A stretch of DNA of 64,000 nt from the NCBI RefSeq assembly GCF_964204645.1, contig NC_134029.1:12054850-12118849 (forward strand). Direction: 5' to 3'. A model generated the notes under the pieces. The model made no database searches. It saw only the letters and a program-made list of their open reading frames with translations, and was not told the DNA's origin. Positions 23,815 through 36,569 of this stretch are shown here, piece after piece (the stretch's first letter is position 1; each line of letters begins with the position of its first letter). The position numbers were made by a program, and so were the translations under genes. The stretch comes from Tubulanus polymorphus (lineage: Eukaryota > Animalia > Nemertea).

Positions 23815-25270
23815 TTTTTGGTTTACCTTTGTCAGCGATATGAGGTTGGCATTGAGCCAATTCAGATAAAATCGTGGTACGTTTTTTTATGTGAGCATTT
23901 GTTTCATTGGTTCTCGGCTTAAACGACATATAATCGATGCGATTGAAGACATAGCGAACCTCCGTCGATGTACATGGTCAACTGAGTTAAAATTCTTCGA
24001 AAAACTGTTTTTGGCGGGAAAATTCTTAGCTCTCGCGTATAAAATTGCAATGACCTCGATTGGGGGCGTCGTCTCTACGAGCCAATGGGATTGGCTGGGA
24101 TATACGGGGAATTCCGGCGCTACCAAAATAATTATGGGAAAGCCATAGAATGGCGTACGTTTCATTGGACTAGGTGCCGTATACGTGCGAATTTTAAATG
24201 CTCATTGCTGTCGAGGATGTAATTATTTCACACATCCGCCATAGGTATCGTTTAATTCTAATACCCGGTGATTGTTTTGATTGACATTGAAGTGTAAGCG
24301 AATATTCACTTACACGAAGCCTCCACCTGTGCGCGCAGACTGCTACACGACACACACACAAGCTCGTACAGTACACTACTCAAGGTGATGCTGTAACGCG
24401 TGCGCGTTTGACATGAAATAGGCTGAATAATAGTAGCAGAAGATGAGCGCTGTGTTTTCTGTTTGATAGAATTTGTAATAAATTGTAATTTCTTGTGACC
24501 TGAAAATATTAAGCAGCAAACTAAAAGTATAGGTCGAGGTCTGAATATTGTAGTCGTAAATTCCAGGATTTAAAACGATCTAATAACCGATTTCTTCTGT
24601 ACCGGTATTTTAACTTCCGCGGCCATACATTGGAAGAGGATTCCATGACCCAATATTCAGCCACCCTCTGATATGTGACATCATAATGAATTTTAGGCCA
24701 TCCCATATTAATGGTCTGTTTGCCGTAACCTGACCGACCCGACTTCAAAGGTACCGAGTGAAAACTTTTTTTCTGGGATTCATTGAAATAAATTTTATTT
24801 TTGATAAAAACGGCTGACCGACCCACTGCCTACGTATGAGCTACGTATTATGTATGTTTGAATCCAAGTGCATCGTGTGAAAACATGCCTTGTCAATGTG
24901 GCCTAATTTAAGTTTGAAATGACGCTCTGGACGAAGTTATAATTTTAGAATAATTCTCGAAATCTACGCTATTAGACAAATTTCCCGTGCACAACGTAGA
25001 TGATTTTTGCGACATTGTTTCCATGTAAAAAGGTGATAAATTTGGTTTTTTTTTTGCCCAAAAATTTAGCAAAAAACATTTTTTCTCACCTACTGACTCA
25101 TCCTGAAAATTTGAGTCGGTGTTACGGCAAACAGACAATTATTTTGGGATGGCCTTATTTGAATATTTTTTTCATATTGTGAAACATATTTTTTTGGAAA
25201 ATATAAAATGATTTCCCTGCCACGCCTACCTGTACCCTATAAACTTTTGGACGTGGACCGTAACCAAGTA
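23815..25270 (+). mobile_element. Unclassified interspersed repeat family C, copy 1 (other copies ~27190-27790 and 60280-62135)
   Basis: 23815-24300 aligns to 60280-60740; 24560-24690 aligns to 60740-60870; 25155-25260 aligns to 27255-27355 and 61891-61975. Confidence 0.75.
24696..25154. mobile_element. Harbinger/Tourist-like MITE
   Basis: TIRs GGCCATCCCA...TGTTTGCCGTAAC; TTA TSD; the empty site is visible in the paralogous repeat at ~27249-27270. Confidence 0.85.
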
Positions 25271-25274
25271 ATTG

Positions 25275-25750
25275 AGGATTCGAGCGTTCGTAAGTCAGAC
25301 AATTCTATCCAATATTGTATGGATTTTTGTAAGCTAAACTCGATTACAAAAATTTACCCAGAAACAGTATCTGATCAAGAGTTAATTTTGTCTAACCTAG
25401 GAAAAACTTAAGATTTATAGCAAGATCGATTTAGCAAAAGGGTATTGGTCAATCCCTATACGTGCTTGCTGTAAACATTTGACTGCGTTCCAAACAGAAC
25501 AAGGCTTGAAACATTTCTGTGTCATGTCATTTGGTCTTGTTAATAGTGGAGCTGTATTTTGTAGAATGCGAAAATTACTGAAGGATATTGAAGATGTAAA
25601 AAACTTCATAGACGATTTGATAATCGGTAATCTGAATTGGGATGGACATCTTGGTACTCTCCGGCAAATTTTTATCTGATTAAGAGAACACAATATCAAA
25701 ACGCGTCCATCAAAGTGTAAATTTGGATACGAAAAAATGCATTTTGTAGG
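25275..25750 (+). mobile_element. Gypsy reverse transcriptase fragment (degenerate)
   Basis: CMDFCKLNSIT..., IDLAKGYW, TAFQT...VMSFGLVNSGAVF...NFIDDLII, RPSKCKFG motifs. Confidence 0.88.
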
Positions 25751-25752
25751 TA

Positions 25753-25985
25753 CCCAGCTAACAAAAAAACGTTCAAAGAACGTTTCCTAAAAGTTTTTCA
25801 CTAACGTTTTAACGTAAATGTTTAACGTTCATGCAACGTTTGTATAAAATTTTCTTTTAAATGTTTTATAAGGTTGACAGATCGTTTTTGATAACGTTGA
25901 TTGAACGTTACTTCACAACCTCTCTGCAACCATTGAGCTTGATAAAAACGTTCCAATAACGTTTGTATTGCGTTTCATTATAACC
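25753..25985 (+). mobile_element. Possible DNA transposon end (CMC/EnSpm-like) with AACGTT subterminal repeats
   Basis: TA|CCCAGCTAAC start that abruptly truncates the Gypsy RT, followed by many AACGTT motifs. Confidence 0.4.
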
Positions 25986-26298
25986 ATGCTGTCCTCTTTC
26001 ATGAGCTCTAATAAATCCCTTTGAACTAACGTTAATATTTGAATAATTTGACCTAACTTTTATTTTGTAACTACGTATGTACATATATTATATCGAAATT
26101 ATTCACTCGCAAGTTAGTCCTCCAGTGCACTAGGCATTGTCGTTACATCGTAGCTGCAGCTTTTGTGATTCCTAAAATAAAAAGGAAATAATAAAGAAAC
26201 TTTTATTTTCATAGTTGTGTTAAGCCTTGAAGTTCATTTCGATCATACAGTCCATACATACAGGGATTGTTATGCTTGTTATTGGAGAACAACAGTTA

Positions 26299-26953
26299 CC
26301 GTATTTTCCGGTGTATAAGTCGAGTTTTGAGACCAAAAATCATGTCCAAAAAACGTAGGTCGACTTATACACCGGCTACACTTTCGAAATCGTTTTAAAC
26401 TGACGATGTTTAGAGTTCAAGGTCGCCATGATGAAATGGAATATTAATTTATGTTAGGCTACACTCATATACCAATTTGAATTTAGGATGTTGATAAAAA
26501 TAGTTTCTTATAGTTTGGAAATGTTTCAAAATTAACTAATGTTAAAAATCAAAAAAGAAAGAAAACCGCGTATATTCATTGTACAGTGTTTATATAAGCC
26601 ACGATGCTGTGGCAGCGTGCCAATAATCGATACACAGCAGTCTAATACTAGACTACAGGAGCGCGGCATTCAATGTATACACTATACATTCAACACGTGG
26701 ATACAAACAATGAGCACTAATCCAGTAATTTAATATTAGAAACAACATATCCCAATGATTTAATAATGCAAACAGTGGTAAAGACTCTCAACTACTATGA
26801 GAATGACATCGGCACTGTTTTCAATGTGCCATATGTAAACACATGAAGAAGCGACTCGACTTATACACCGACTATAGCCCTAGCACAACTTTTTAAACTG
26901 AAAATTTGACCTCGACTTATACACCGGGTCGACTTGTACACCGGAAAATACGG
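26299..26953. mobile_element. Tc1/pogo(Tigger)-like MITE
   Basis: TIRs CCGTATTTTCCGGTGTATAAGTCGA; TA TSD; second copy at 54891-56743 in the opposite orientation. Confidence 0.9.
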
Positions 26954-27476
26954 TAAGTCATTTCATTGATATAAAACCCGACGAAAAGGTCTCTAACATG
27001 GGTTTCTACATAAAAGATTGTTTCAAAAACATTCTATCGTATTTTTCCATATATTTACAGTATCAAAATTTGTGGATTGAATAACGTACCTTCGTAAATA
27101 CTTGATTTTTAAATCCCTTCAACACGCCGTTTAAAGCTGATTGCTGAACAATGGCGGACACTTCCTGTTTTGATATGTCATGATATCCATGGAAGAGGTT
27201 CCGTTTCCTAGACTCAATATTCAGCCAGCCTCTGATAAGTGACATCATATGAATTTTATTTGAATATTTTTTCATATTGTGAAAAATATTTCTTTGAAAA
27301 TATAAAAAGGTTTCCCTGCCAAGCCTACCTAACCCTACGAAATTTTGGACGTAGACGATGAACAAATGTTCATCTTTGGTCTTATTTGACTACAAAATAA
27401 TTCTTTAAGAAAGATAAAATACAATATAAACTTCGAGAACTTTGAAGTCACGAATTAAAAACATGTCTAGCTTTCA

Positions 27477-27750
27477 CATCCTCCCCCGGCAGGGATTCGA
27501 ACCTGATGGCATCGAGATTGCCACGGCATGAAACCCTGCCATAATCGACCGTGTGCGCAGATACATGCGCAGTTCAGATGATGTGATTTTTAGCCAATCA
27601 GATATCCCGTTTTATTTTAAGAAATCTGATTGGTGCCGCCAGTTTTCGTTCGGAAAGCTGCGCATGTACCTGCGCACCCGGTCTACTGATGCAGGGGTTC
27701 GTGCCGTGGCTGAGTGTAGCGATGCCATCAGGTTCGAGTCCCTGAGGATG
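27477..27750. mobile_element. Palindromic hAT-like MITE (274 bp)
   Basis: CATCCTC...GAGGATG termini; perfect 8-bp TSD AGCTTTCA; arms are imperfect inverted repeats over >100 bp. Confidence 0.85.
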
Positions 27751-27787
27751 AGCTTTCAAGGTAAACCATATTTTTCCCATGGGCAAT

Positions 27788-29058
27788 TTAATATATGCTG
27801 CCTTGAATAAGAATATCCAAGTTTCTGCAATTCCTTGGAGAGCTTTTTCCAAACAGTCCTTTTCTTGATTCACAGATCCAAAAATTCCCTGGTATGCTTT
27901 TTGTGCAGCTGTATATGATATGAATCACTGCCTCCCTTAGCATTGCAGTATTAAATGTAGCACCAACAGCAGATGTTTCTGTTTCTGTTTCTGACAATTC
28001 CGTGTTTTCTGATCTTGGTGGAGCTTCTGTTGCAACAGATGCAGCTGAAGAGAGAAGCAATGTTGCAAATTGAATACTAGTAAGACTTTCAACAATGTAG
28101 CTGGGTAACGGGTGGTTGCTTTGGGAATGATAAGAGTAAATTAACTAGATTAGCTTAGAGCAAGACTAGCCGGTGGAATTAGAAAATAACAAGGATTTTT
28201 TTCTACCGAGAATATTATTTATTTCCCATCCCACATAAATGTTTTAAAAAAATTGAGAAATGAAATTCTAGAAAGTATATCACATCCCTCCCTTAAGAAA
28301 ATTAGACTTACCAAGTTCACATTGAGCGTCTCTCTCTGATTCAACTACCGTTTTCAATTCTTCGATGGTCTCTATCTAAAATGCGAATATTAACAAAATG
28401 TATGGTTGATAAATTTCAAAAACCAATCCACTACCTAATGTTGATACAAATGATGGCATCGATTAGGATGGAATTGTTGACACTAACCATTTTTCCTGCC
28501 TACAAATGTAATAAAGCCAATTTTTTAGGAACTTTAACTTTTTAAGAAGACAATGCTCATTTGGACACTGCTCATTTGTATGTCAGATGTGATGCAGCAT
28601 GATAGGCCTACCACCACGTGCATTGTGTGGTGACTGACGGCGTAGTGCCAAGAATGGTCCTAAGAGTTAACGAAGGCCAGGTCTTGGGCTACACGCATTT
28701 TTTTCATCATATACTCGTTTCACCATTTTTTAGTTTGTTAACAACATTGACATGAATTTGAGTTTTCTCAGCAAATAATAATATAGGCTATAGAAACCAT
28801 GCCACCTAAACCGATATTAATCACGAAAGGAGCCGGACAAGCCAATAGAGTCAGCCCGGGCCCATCGTATGATCGATGAATGATGATGAATGAAGGCGAA
28901 AGTAGGACGACATACATTGTTTCGCTGATCAACGATCAATGCACTGATATCTGTATTATACATCCAAACAGATTTAGCTGTCGAAAATTTCGCCAAAAGT
29001 ATAGAATGATGCAATTATTTTAGTGACCTTACCGTGTATAACTTTCCCTGTCTGCCAT
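27788..29058 (-). pseudogene. Degenerate spliced Myb/SANT (trihelix-type) DNA-binding gene, probably transposon-derived
   Basis: Putative exons 29058-29033 (MADRESYT..|gtaagg), 28375-28312 (IETIEELKTVVESERDAQCEL|gtaagt) and from 28044, the latter two phase-compatible. They lead to EAV..IQLHKKHTREFLDL*IKKRTVWKKLSKELQKLGYSYS, with a frameshift and a stop. Confidence 0.55.
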
Positions 29059-29411
29059 TTTGCAAACGTCATCAAACTGACCAAGTATACTCCGTAGCAT
29101 ACTTAATCGGTTCAGCTAACCGTTTTAAGTGATTATTGATGGTTAACGAATGTAGGTTTCGTCGAACTGGTTTGGTTTCGATGGTAAACATATGCGTTAG
29201 GAGCAAACCGTCTTGAAAACCTAAACGGTTTTGGTATAAACGAATACACCTCTGTTCATGTAACCGAAAGCATCAATAAATAAATTTTGAATTGATCAAG
29301 TTTAAATCAAGGTCGCTGAGTCGCGCGTGGCTACTAGAATTACGTTCAGGTTCGACTGCATTCAGACAATTCAGCTTCAGAGAGAAAAGAAAGGACAGAA
29401 AAGTACTACGG

Positions 29412-30461
29412 CAGTGTTCTCCACGGGCTGTTTTAGCAGGGCGGGCTGCCCTGCTAAAATTTAATGCTGCCCTGCTAAAAACTCGGCGTCCTGCCTAATG
29501 TTTTTACTGCCCTGCTTAAATTTTTTTTCGGTTTCGTTGTGGTATGCGTAATTTACGGGAAGCTAAATCACGATGTGCCTACAAAGTTGTGAAATCGGAT
29601 GCGTGAAATGTTCTGGTAGTTGGAACATAGCCAACTTCAAAGATAACGGTGGTCTCTAGAATGATTGGCAGCTAACTGTTCGGAGCCTACTATCAGTCTC
29701 TACGAGAGCGCTGCATATGGCACGTGTCTCTGATCAATAAAGTTTGTTTAGCGTGTGTGGATCATCAAAACATGTATGCGCAAATGAAGTTTTTTGTTGA
29801 CTGCATAATTGATATTGTGTCATATATATCTAGTATTATTTTCTTTGAGCTGAGTAAAGGTAACACATCAAAAAAGTGATATGTAGCGGTGATAGTCAGC
29901 CTCAACTTGTGATAGTCAGCCTCAACTTGAGTGTGACAATGTATTCATATCCCTGGCCAAGTGCCAAGTAACTGGTTTCCTGGAAAACTACAACTAAGCC
30001 ACGTGTTGAGGCATGTTCTTCTCACTACACGCCGCGCTGCCTCAACGCTGTTGCTTGTAAAATATCTTATATGTCCCATTTCAAAATCGTCTCGCTTTAT
30101 TTTCTAAAAAAATTGCATGTAAGTGTTCATGCATTCATTCTGTCCAGTGTGTATGTCGTCATCAGTTTCTCTAAAAAAGACAACCATCATAGTAACTGAG
30201 CCACTCGCCCAGTTTTCGTTGATAGATTTATTGTGATATTTGGCATCCAGCATTAAAACCATCTGTGACTTGTCATCAATTCCAGTATGATTTTCTGTCT
30301 CAGACACTCTGAGGGGCGTTAAATTTTAAAATTTTCTTGGGGGCGGCCCCCCGAAACCCCCCGCAATGGCTTCGCACCTTCGGTGCTCGCGTCCTCGATG
30401 AAGAAGAAGGATAATATATCTTACTGCGCCCTGCCATAAATTTGACCCGTGGAGAACACTG
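29412..30461. mobile_element. hAT-like non-autonomous element
   Basis: TIRs CAGTGTTCTCCACGGG; flanks gTACTACGG / cTACTACGG (best read as a 9-bp TSD with one mismatch); subterminal GCCCTGCT repeats. Confidence 0.8.
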
Positions 30462-30669
30462 CTACTACGGAACACACAGTTTACAAAAAGTGTTAGGCCT
30501 GTGTTGGTTGGTGCGTACTGGGACTAAAATATACTGGTTGATCAGTTGGCTCGGTTGTGAAGTGTGGAAACTTAGTAAAAACTATAATCTACATGCTCGC
30601 ATGTGTGAAAGAATAGGGTTTAGGTTAGGTGAGGCTATATGTAAATTAACTTTCATTAACCCTGCAGTT

Positions 30670-30742
30670 GCGTTCTGTAGCTCAGTGGGTAAATCACAGG
30701 ACTACTGCTGGATTTTTTTTCGCTTGGTTTCGAATCCCAATA
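30670..30742 (+). pseudogene. tRNA-derived SINE head or tRNA pseudogene
   Basis: A-box TAGCTCAGTGG and degenerate B-box GGTTTCGAATCC; no intact cloverleaf, and an internal T8 run. Confidence 0.45.
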
Positions 30743-33514
30743 TTGCAAGTCAGAGCGTCAACGTACTCACATACAGCTAACCAGTTGAAATCACCGTACA
30801 GTCAGGTAGGGGTAACAACAGCGTTTTTAAGTATTAAGTGAGTATGATAAGCCTTCCATGCCTACATACAAACACAACTTTTTCCCTCTTGTCGGCCTGA
30901 TGTCTATACTGGTGCCTTTATCACATGGATAGGATTTCGTCAGGACTAACCAAAAGTCTCATTCAGTCTATGCACTATTCACTCGATATTATAAAAACAA
31001 TACGATGAAGTATTCATACGCAGAAAGGCTAATCGATTTGAGTCATCCGATGAAATTTTGCTCAGGCCTTGTCTGACGTGCTGACATTTATAGTCAAACC
31101 TAGATCCATAATGTTTATGTGGTCACGGCGTGTATACCAGAAATCATTGTGGAACATCATCGTGACTAGTGGAATGGGTTTGATATTTACACACATGTTG
31201 CAGGTATAAATTATTTATCAGTTTAGAATTTGTAATCCATAAAAGCCGTAATCAACATCGGCCCGAAACCCACACCAAATCAATTCATAATTCATCGATT
31301 GAATCTACAATACAATATATGTACTTATTCAAATATTTCAATAAAATGATTAATTCCTTAAATCTATTCCAAATCCTAATACGTCATCTGTATATATACT
31401 CAACCTATTGACTCAGCAGATTCTTGAAGATCAAGTAGCGCTTAATTTGTCAAAATGCTTATTTTGATCTCATTCAATAGTTAACTAACCCATATAACAG
31501 TACAGTATATTATTTTTTCAATAAACACTGAACTTAAATGAATATCTGAGTTTGAAAAATAAATAACAGATGCGTGAATTTCAGAGCGCGCACTGACTAT
31601 TAGCTATGCGTGTGACATCAATGGGTCGACAATGAATACACAGTATACTGTAAACGCGTTAGTAGGAATAAGTTTTATTGGTTTCTAACATACTCATACC
31701 CTATAGAATGTCAATTTCCATAAAAATATTTCCATCACGTTTGTGATAATATTTATATATAATAATCAAGAAATGACTCAAATGTTTACCTTAAATCATT
31801 GCAGTAGCGAGGTATCCGACAACAAGTTATGACACGACTACCAGTATAACCGTATAAGTAGAGATTTCCCACTGAGATATGCCTCTAAGAGACATATACT
31901 GCATACTGATGCTTGTATTGTTTGTACTATACAGGTCATGTAAGATAAACAGGGGTAACTAAGACTTGGGTACCATACCTATCTATATCTAGCTAGGAGT
32001 TCACGCTGATGGGAATACAGCATATAGACCGTATTGCATCATCATCAGCGCCATCTACATGGTTATCAGATGAACAATGCGCTGTAAAAATTCCTTCAAA
32101 TTTACACTTTTTAATCGTTTATATTTCAGTATTCCATCACTCATTGCAGCTAAAATTTCTCAAAAATTCTCAAAAGATTATTGTGTATTTATGTAAAATA
32201 ATCTATCATTAAAAACAAAAACCATTTAAGGGCTACTTGACGTATCGGCCCCACTCTGCGCGCTTGCGCCACCGCGCAGGATTTATGCGAAGCAGCAAAC
32301 ACAAACATGGCCACTCTCTCAATTTTCAATGATAGAAATCGTGTGTGCATTTCAATTATTTTGGCTGTTAGGGTTTAAATGCACAATATAAGTTGATGAT
32401 GTGATATGGCGATGTTAATTAATGATAATTCCGCAGTGAAGCTAGTCACGAACGGTGCCGATTGAGTGTACAGCTGCCAAAAACACTGAAATGTGCGTAG
32501 TTGCGTAACTATTTGCAGTGAATTGCAGACGAAACATGAAGCCTTAACGGCCGTTAAAAAGGAAATTATACCAATAATTGTAAAATAAAAATGAGATAGA
32601 ACCTAAGTTAAAATTCTGGCCATTTCTAAAATGTTATTACTAATTTTTAGTCAGTGCCGAACGTTTAGTTTTCCAACAATAATGAGGGGTGGTAGGTAGT
32701 CATGCAATTCAAGTCATCATTTATTACACGTTACTTCCGTGTTGTTGAAAATCTCGCGAGTCCTGCACCAAACCCCATTGAACAATGTGATCTGTGTGCT
32801 GGCCACAAATGCACACAGATCACACTACACTACCCATTACACACTCCAGTACCCACAGCTTTCATACATCCATCCAAATATTTAGAGTGTCTTTCTTCCT
32901 GGATCTTTAAGATGAGTTCTTAATAGAACAGATCCCTTTTTTAAGGGTGGTGATAATACAGTATCATAAAGTTTGAATGCCAAATTAAATGCCTGGTCGA
33001 ATCAATTCATATTTATTGATTGTACGTCCGCGTAAGTTCAGTTTCAAAGCTGAAACACATTGGACGTTGACACTGTGGTTGCTTATTTAGGTTCGAATGT
33101 GTCAATGCATTTTATTCTATGTATCGATATTTAGATTTTCTGCAATTCCCAGCAACCTGAAATGCTATGCAGAAAACCTGTTATCGCTGCTTTGCAGCTA
33201 TAATTTTCTTTTCATTTTGAACTATTTTTTTGCAATTTAATAATTCAATTAACAAAATGCTGTCGATTATGTCAATTTGCAATTTGTGCGTCTCCAGGCT
33301 GGCCATAGTGCCAACGGGCTCTTGTTTAATTTCAAATATGCTGTGGAAAATCATCAATTCATTCTAGCGACAAATCACCATCAGATTTTTGCAACATCAT
33401 TGAGGCAAAGTGAATCAACTTATGTATTACAGTATAAGTTGTTGTCTTATTATTTGGCATAATATATTCTTCTGACCATAATATAACCCTTATTATCATT
33501 ATTTTTTTTTTCAG

Positions 33515-33659
33515 ATCGGTCAGCATTTACTTGGGCAATTCAAACGGTCTGATCGTGGAAAGTATTCTATTGCTTTGGATTTGAAGAAACCAGATGGAGT
33601 GAACATTCTGAATTCCTTAACTACGCAGGCAGATGTATTGATTGAACCATATAGACCAG
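33515..33659 (+). CDS. AMACR: Alpha-methylacyl-CoA racemase (CoA-transferase family III), internal coding exon
   Basis: Polypyrimidine-CAG acceptor and GTTAAG donor; encodes IGQHLLGQFKRSDRGKYSIALDLKKPDGVNILNSLTTQADVLIEPYRP(G). Confidence 0.9.
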
Positions 33660-33941
33660 GTTAAGTATGGCTTTGGCCTGAAGTGATAGCAGTGGTCTGG
33701 GGTATGGCTCTTGTCCCAAAAACCTTTAATATGTACATGTACCTAATGGCCGATGAGGCATATCAGGATTTTTTGGTCCACGACATCAGGCATCACTGCG
33801 CTGCGCTAACTCAAAACTGATTTAGTTACATTTTTTGACCATTTAAGGCAATATTCTATTGCAATGGGCTATTGTTCATCCATCTTCCCCTCCATACACG
33901 GCATGTGGTTTTTAGCTCTCGAGGAACGAATTAGCGTGTCG

Positions 33942-35212
33942 CAAGCCTGTAAATAATTTTTTTGCCAGTGCCTGCCACATGTCAGGCACCAACTATAATG
34001 CTGCCTGACATTAATGAGTTGGTGCCTGCCATGTAAATGGCACCAACTGTATGGTGCCTGACATAAATGATTTTGGTGCCTGCCATTTAGCAAAGTACTA
34101 CTGTTTTATAGAGAATTTCCTAATTACTAACATTAAAAACATATGAAGAATTGCACACAACCTTTATTAATATTGGAACTTCAACATTAAAATTTACTTT
34201 CACAATACCATAAAATCTCTAACAGCAATCAGGATGAACCTTACCAACTATACCATAAAATCAATCTCTAATAGCAGCAAACGAAACCGGAACCAACAAC
34301 AGGCGATAGAATACATTCATGATTAAACTTACAGGGTGTCACTTGACTTTGACTGATTACAATATTTTGTTTCTTATATATTTACATGTGTGTACGAAAT
34401 ATCGTGATCGGCTTATTGGGCGGATACGATCTGACATAAAAAATCACTTCCTGATTTATGCCACTCTAATGCTCTCAATGATCGTCAAAATCAAGAAAAG
34501 TGGTCGATATTTATTTGAGGTCATTATTTACTACCAATTATAATCTTTTTTGAACTATTTTATTTTTACTTTGATTGTTTCATCACCGCACAGCGGCTAT
34601 GGTATACATTTATATAACGCGCGAGTTCATCGTACTACCACGTGTCAGTTCATACATTAGTATATATGCAAATCAGCAGTGAGCCGCGTACTGCGTGTAT
34701 GGCTGTGTGTATAGTAACCAGCTGAGTGAGTATATATAGCACAGTCACTTGGCGATGATAGTATACACAGAACTCTCACACATTGGCGGGCGCTATTGTC
34801 AGCCTCTTAAATTGTCAATTAAGACGAACTAATTGACAAATATGTGAATTAAAATCTCTGATGAAGGGCCTCGGCTTATTGGGCGAAGCTTTATGAAATC
34901 CATGTATTTTAGGCTAAAAAACTGCCCTCGGCTTATTGGCCGGAAAATACGGTAGCGCGATTTCAACGCAATAAGCAACGGAATTGATCATAAGACAACT
35001 GGCGCGATTTATCGCAATAAACATCGGAATTAATTGATCAGTAATTGGAAACGGCGCTATTTATTTTCATATCGGTTCAAAAAAGCTAAAACTATTAGAA
35101 CCATGAAAATTTTCGTGCCGGTCAGCGTGACAGGCAGGAGCGATTTTGCAACGGACACCGTAGTGTTTTGAGCCGGCCAGTGTCCGTGACCGGCCGCTTA
35201 TTTACAGCCTTG
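33942..35212. mobile_element. TIR non-autonomous element with a 6-bp TSD
   Basis: TIRs CAAGCCTGTAAATAA / CAAGGCTGTAAATAA; GTGTCG duplicated on both sides; subterminal TGCCTGCCA repeats; internal pogo-like end at ~34953. Confidence 0.7.
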
Positions 35213-36059
35213 GTGTCGGTGTCTTGTCATATATGTTTACCGCGAACCAAAGCACACTGTTTTACCATCATTGAGTTAATGAAAGATCCGATAAATGAGG
35301 TTGAATACCCTGCAAAAATAGTTCCAGTAACTTTGTATTCAAGGTTATTTCACATTATATTGGGTTGAATGGTGATAAAAGTTGATCAGGTTAATATCAA
35401 AAAGATTTTTGAATAATATTTCACCATTAATTCATTCAGATGAATTTATTTTGCCATGTGAATTAATATGCGGATGACTACGTCACTGGGTGTAAATGGG
35501 CACCTTGCACCAACGGTCCGTAAGCGATCTTGAATCTCTTGAAATTTTTTTGCATAAGTCAGGAGGAATCCTTGAATTCGAACGGTTGGCAGACAATGTT
35601 CTTGCGTTCATTTTTGTTTCAGTGAGACGGAAAAATGGCTGAGTTGCACAGCAGTGTGGCCTGCATCTAGTTGTATTTCGTAGCAACAGTTGGCATCTTG
35701 CCTTGTCAGTGTACGTGAGGCAAGCGCTTACCGGAAGATTACTACTGTGTGCCTCACACTGCATATGCTAAAGAGACAGTACAAAGGTGCTCATATTGGC
35801 GTGCGCGTTATGAATAGGCATGTTTTTCATACCGTGTTTGATTGAAATAAGTTGTTTGAATAAGATAAATCATCATGGATTTTCCTTTAAGTTATAACTG
35901 GTCTAATTAGTATCAAAAAGTGTTTAAAAGTTATACACATTGGTCATGATGTCTTTGAATCTGGACGACTGTTATATCTGTCAATCTTTTTGAACTATCA
36001 CTTTGACTCTATTTAGCCATATTTCATGCTAAAATCTTAGTTGTAGTCGAGTAACATGC

Positions 36060-36569
36060 TCCTATGGTCTCCCATGCTGCATAGGCTGCGGGCGGGGACT
36101 TGGTATCTGCCTCAATCCGTCCACATCAGCTTGTAAACGCGATTCAAGAAGAATCATTGATGGCAGGCCCATGATATTACAGATTTTGGGGTCCAAGGAT
36201 CAAAGGTGTGAAACACAATTCATGTGAAAACACTTTGAACGTGATTCAAGAAGAACCGTTGATAGCAGGACCATGATATTATGTATTATGATTTCCCCTA
36301 GGGAGAGGATGTGCCCTATTGATTTTAGGGTCCGAGGATCAAAGGTCAAGGGCACTACAGGTCATTCATGTGAAACCTTGTATACATGATTCAAGAAGAA
36401 CCTTTGGTAACAGGACAATGCTATTTCATAGTATGATTTCCTCTGGGGAGAGGATATGCCTTAGTGATTTTGGAGTTTAGGTTCAATGGTCCAGGTTAGA
36501 AGAGGTTTTTGCCTAAAACCCTCTAAACTCAATTCTTAAATGACCATTGATAGCAGGACATTGATATTT
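36060..36569 (+). mobile_element. HINE-like repeat with internal tandem units (GATTCAAGAAGAA...GGAGAGGATGTGCC...AAAGGTCAAGG)
   Basis: Three to four diverged tandem units at ~36140, 36242, 36387 and 36530. Confidence 0.55.

Noticed and set aside
25751-28107. TACCCAGCTA...TAGCTGGGTA as a TIR pair
   Set aside because: Only 10 bp match, the right side has no subterminal repeats, and it would split the Myb/SANT relic.
32702-32800. FRVVENLASPAPNP as AMACR exon 1 (ELAGLAPAP-like)
   Set aside because: The following CGMILADFGA motif and a suitable splice donor are absent; likely coincidence.
34855-34890. CTGATGA...GAAG as a hammerhead ribozyme
   Set aside because: It lacks the GAAA core and stems I/III, and lies in a MITE subterminal repeat.
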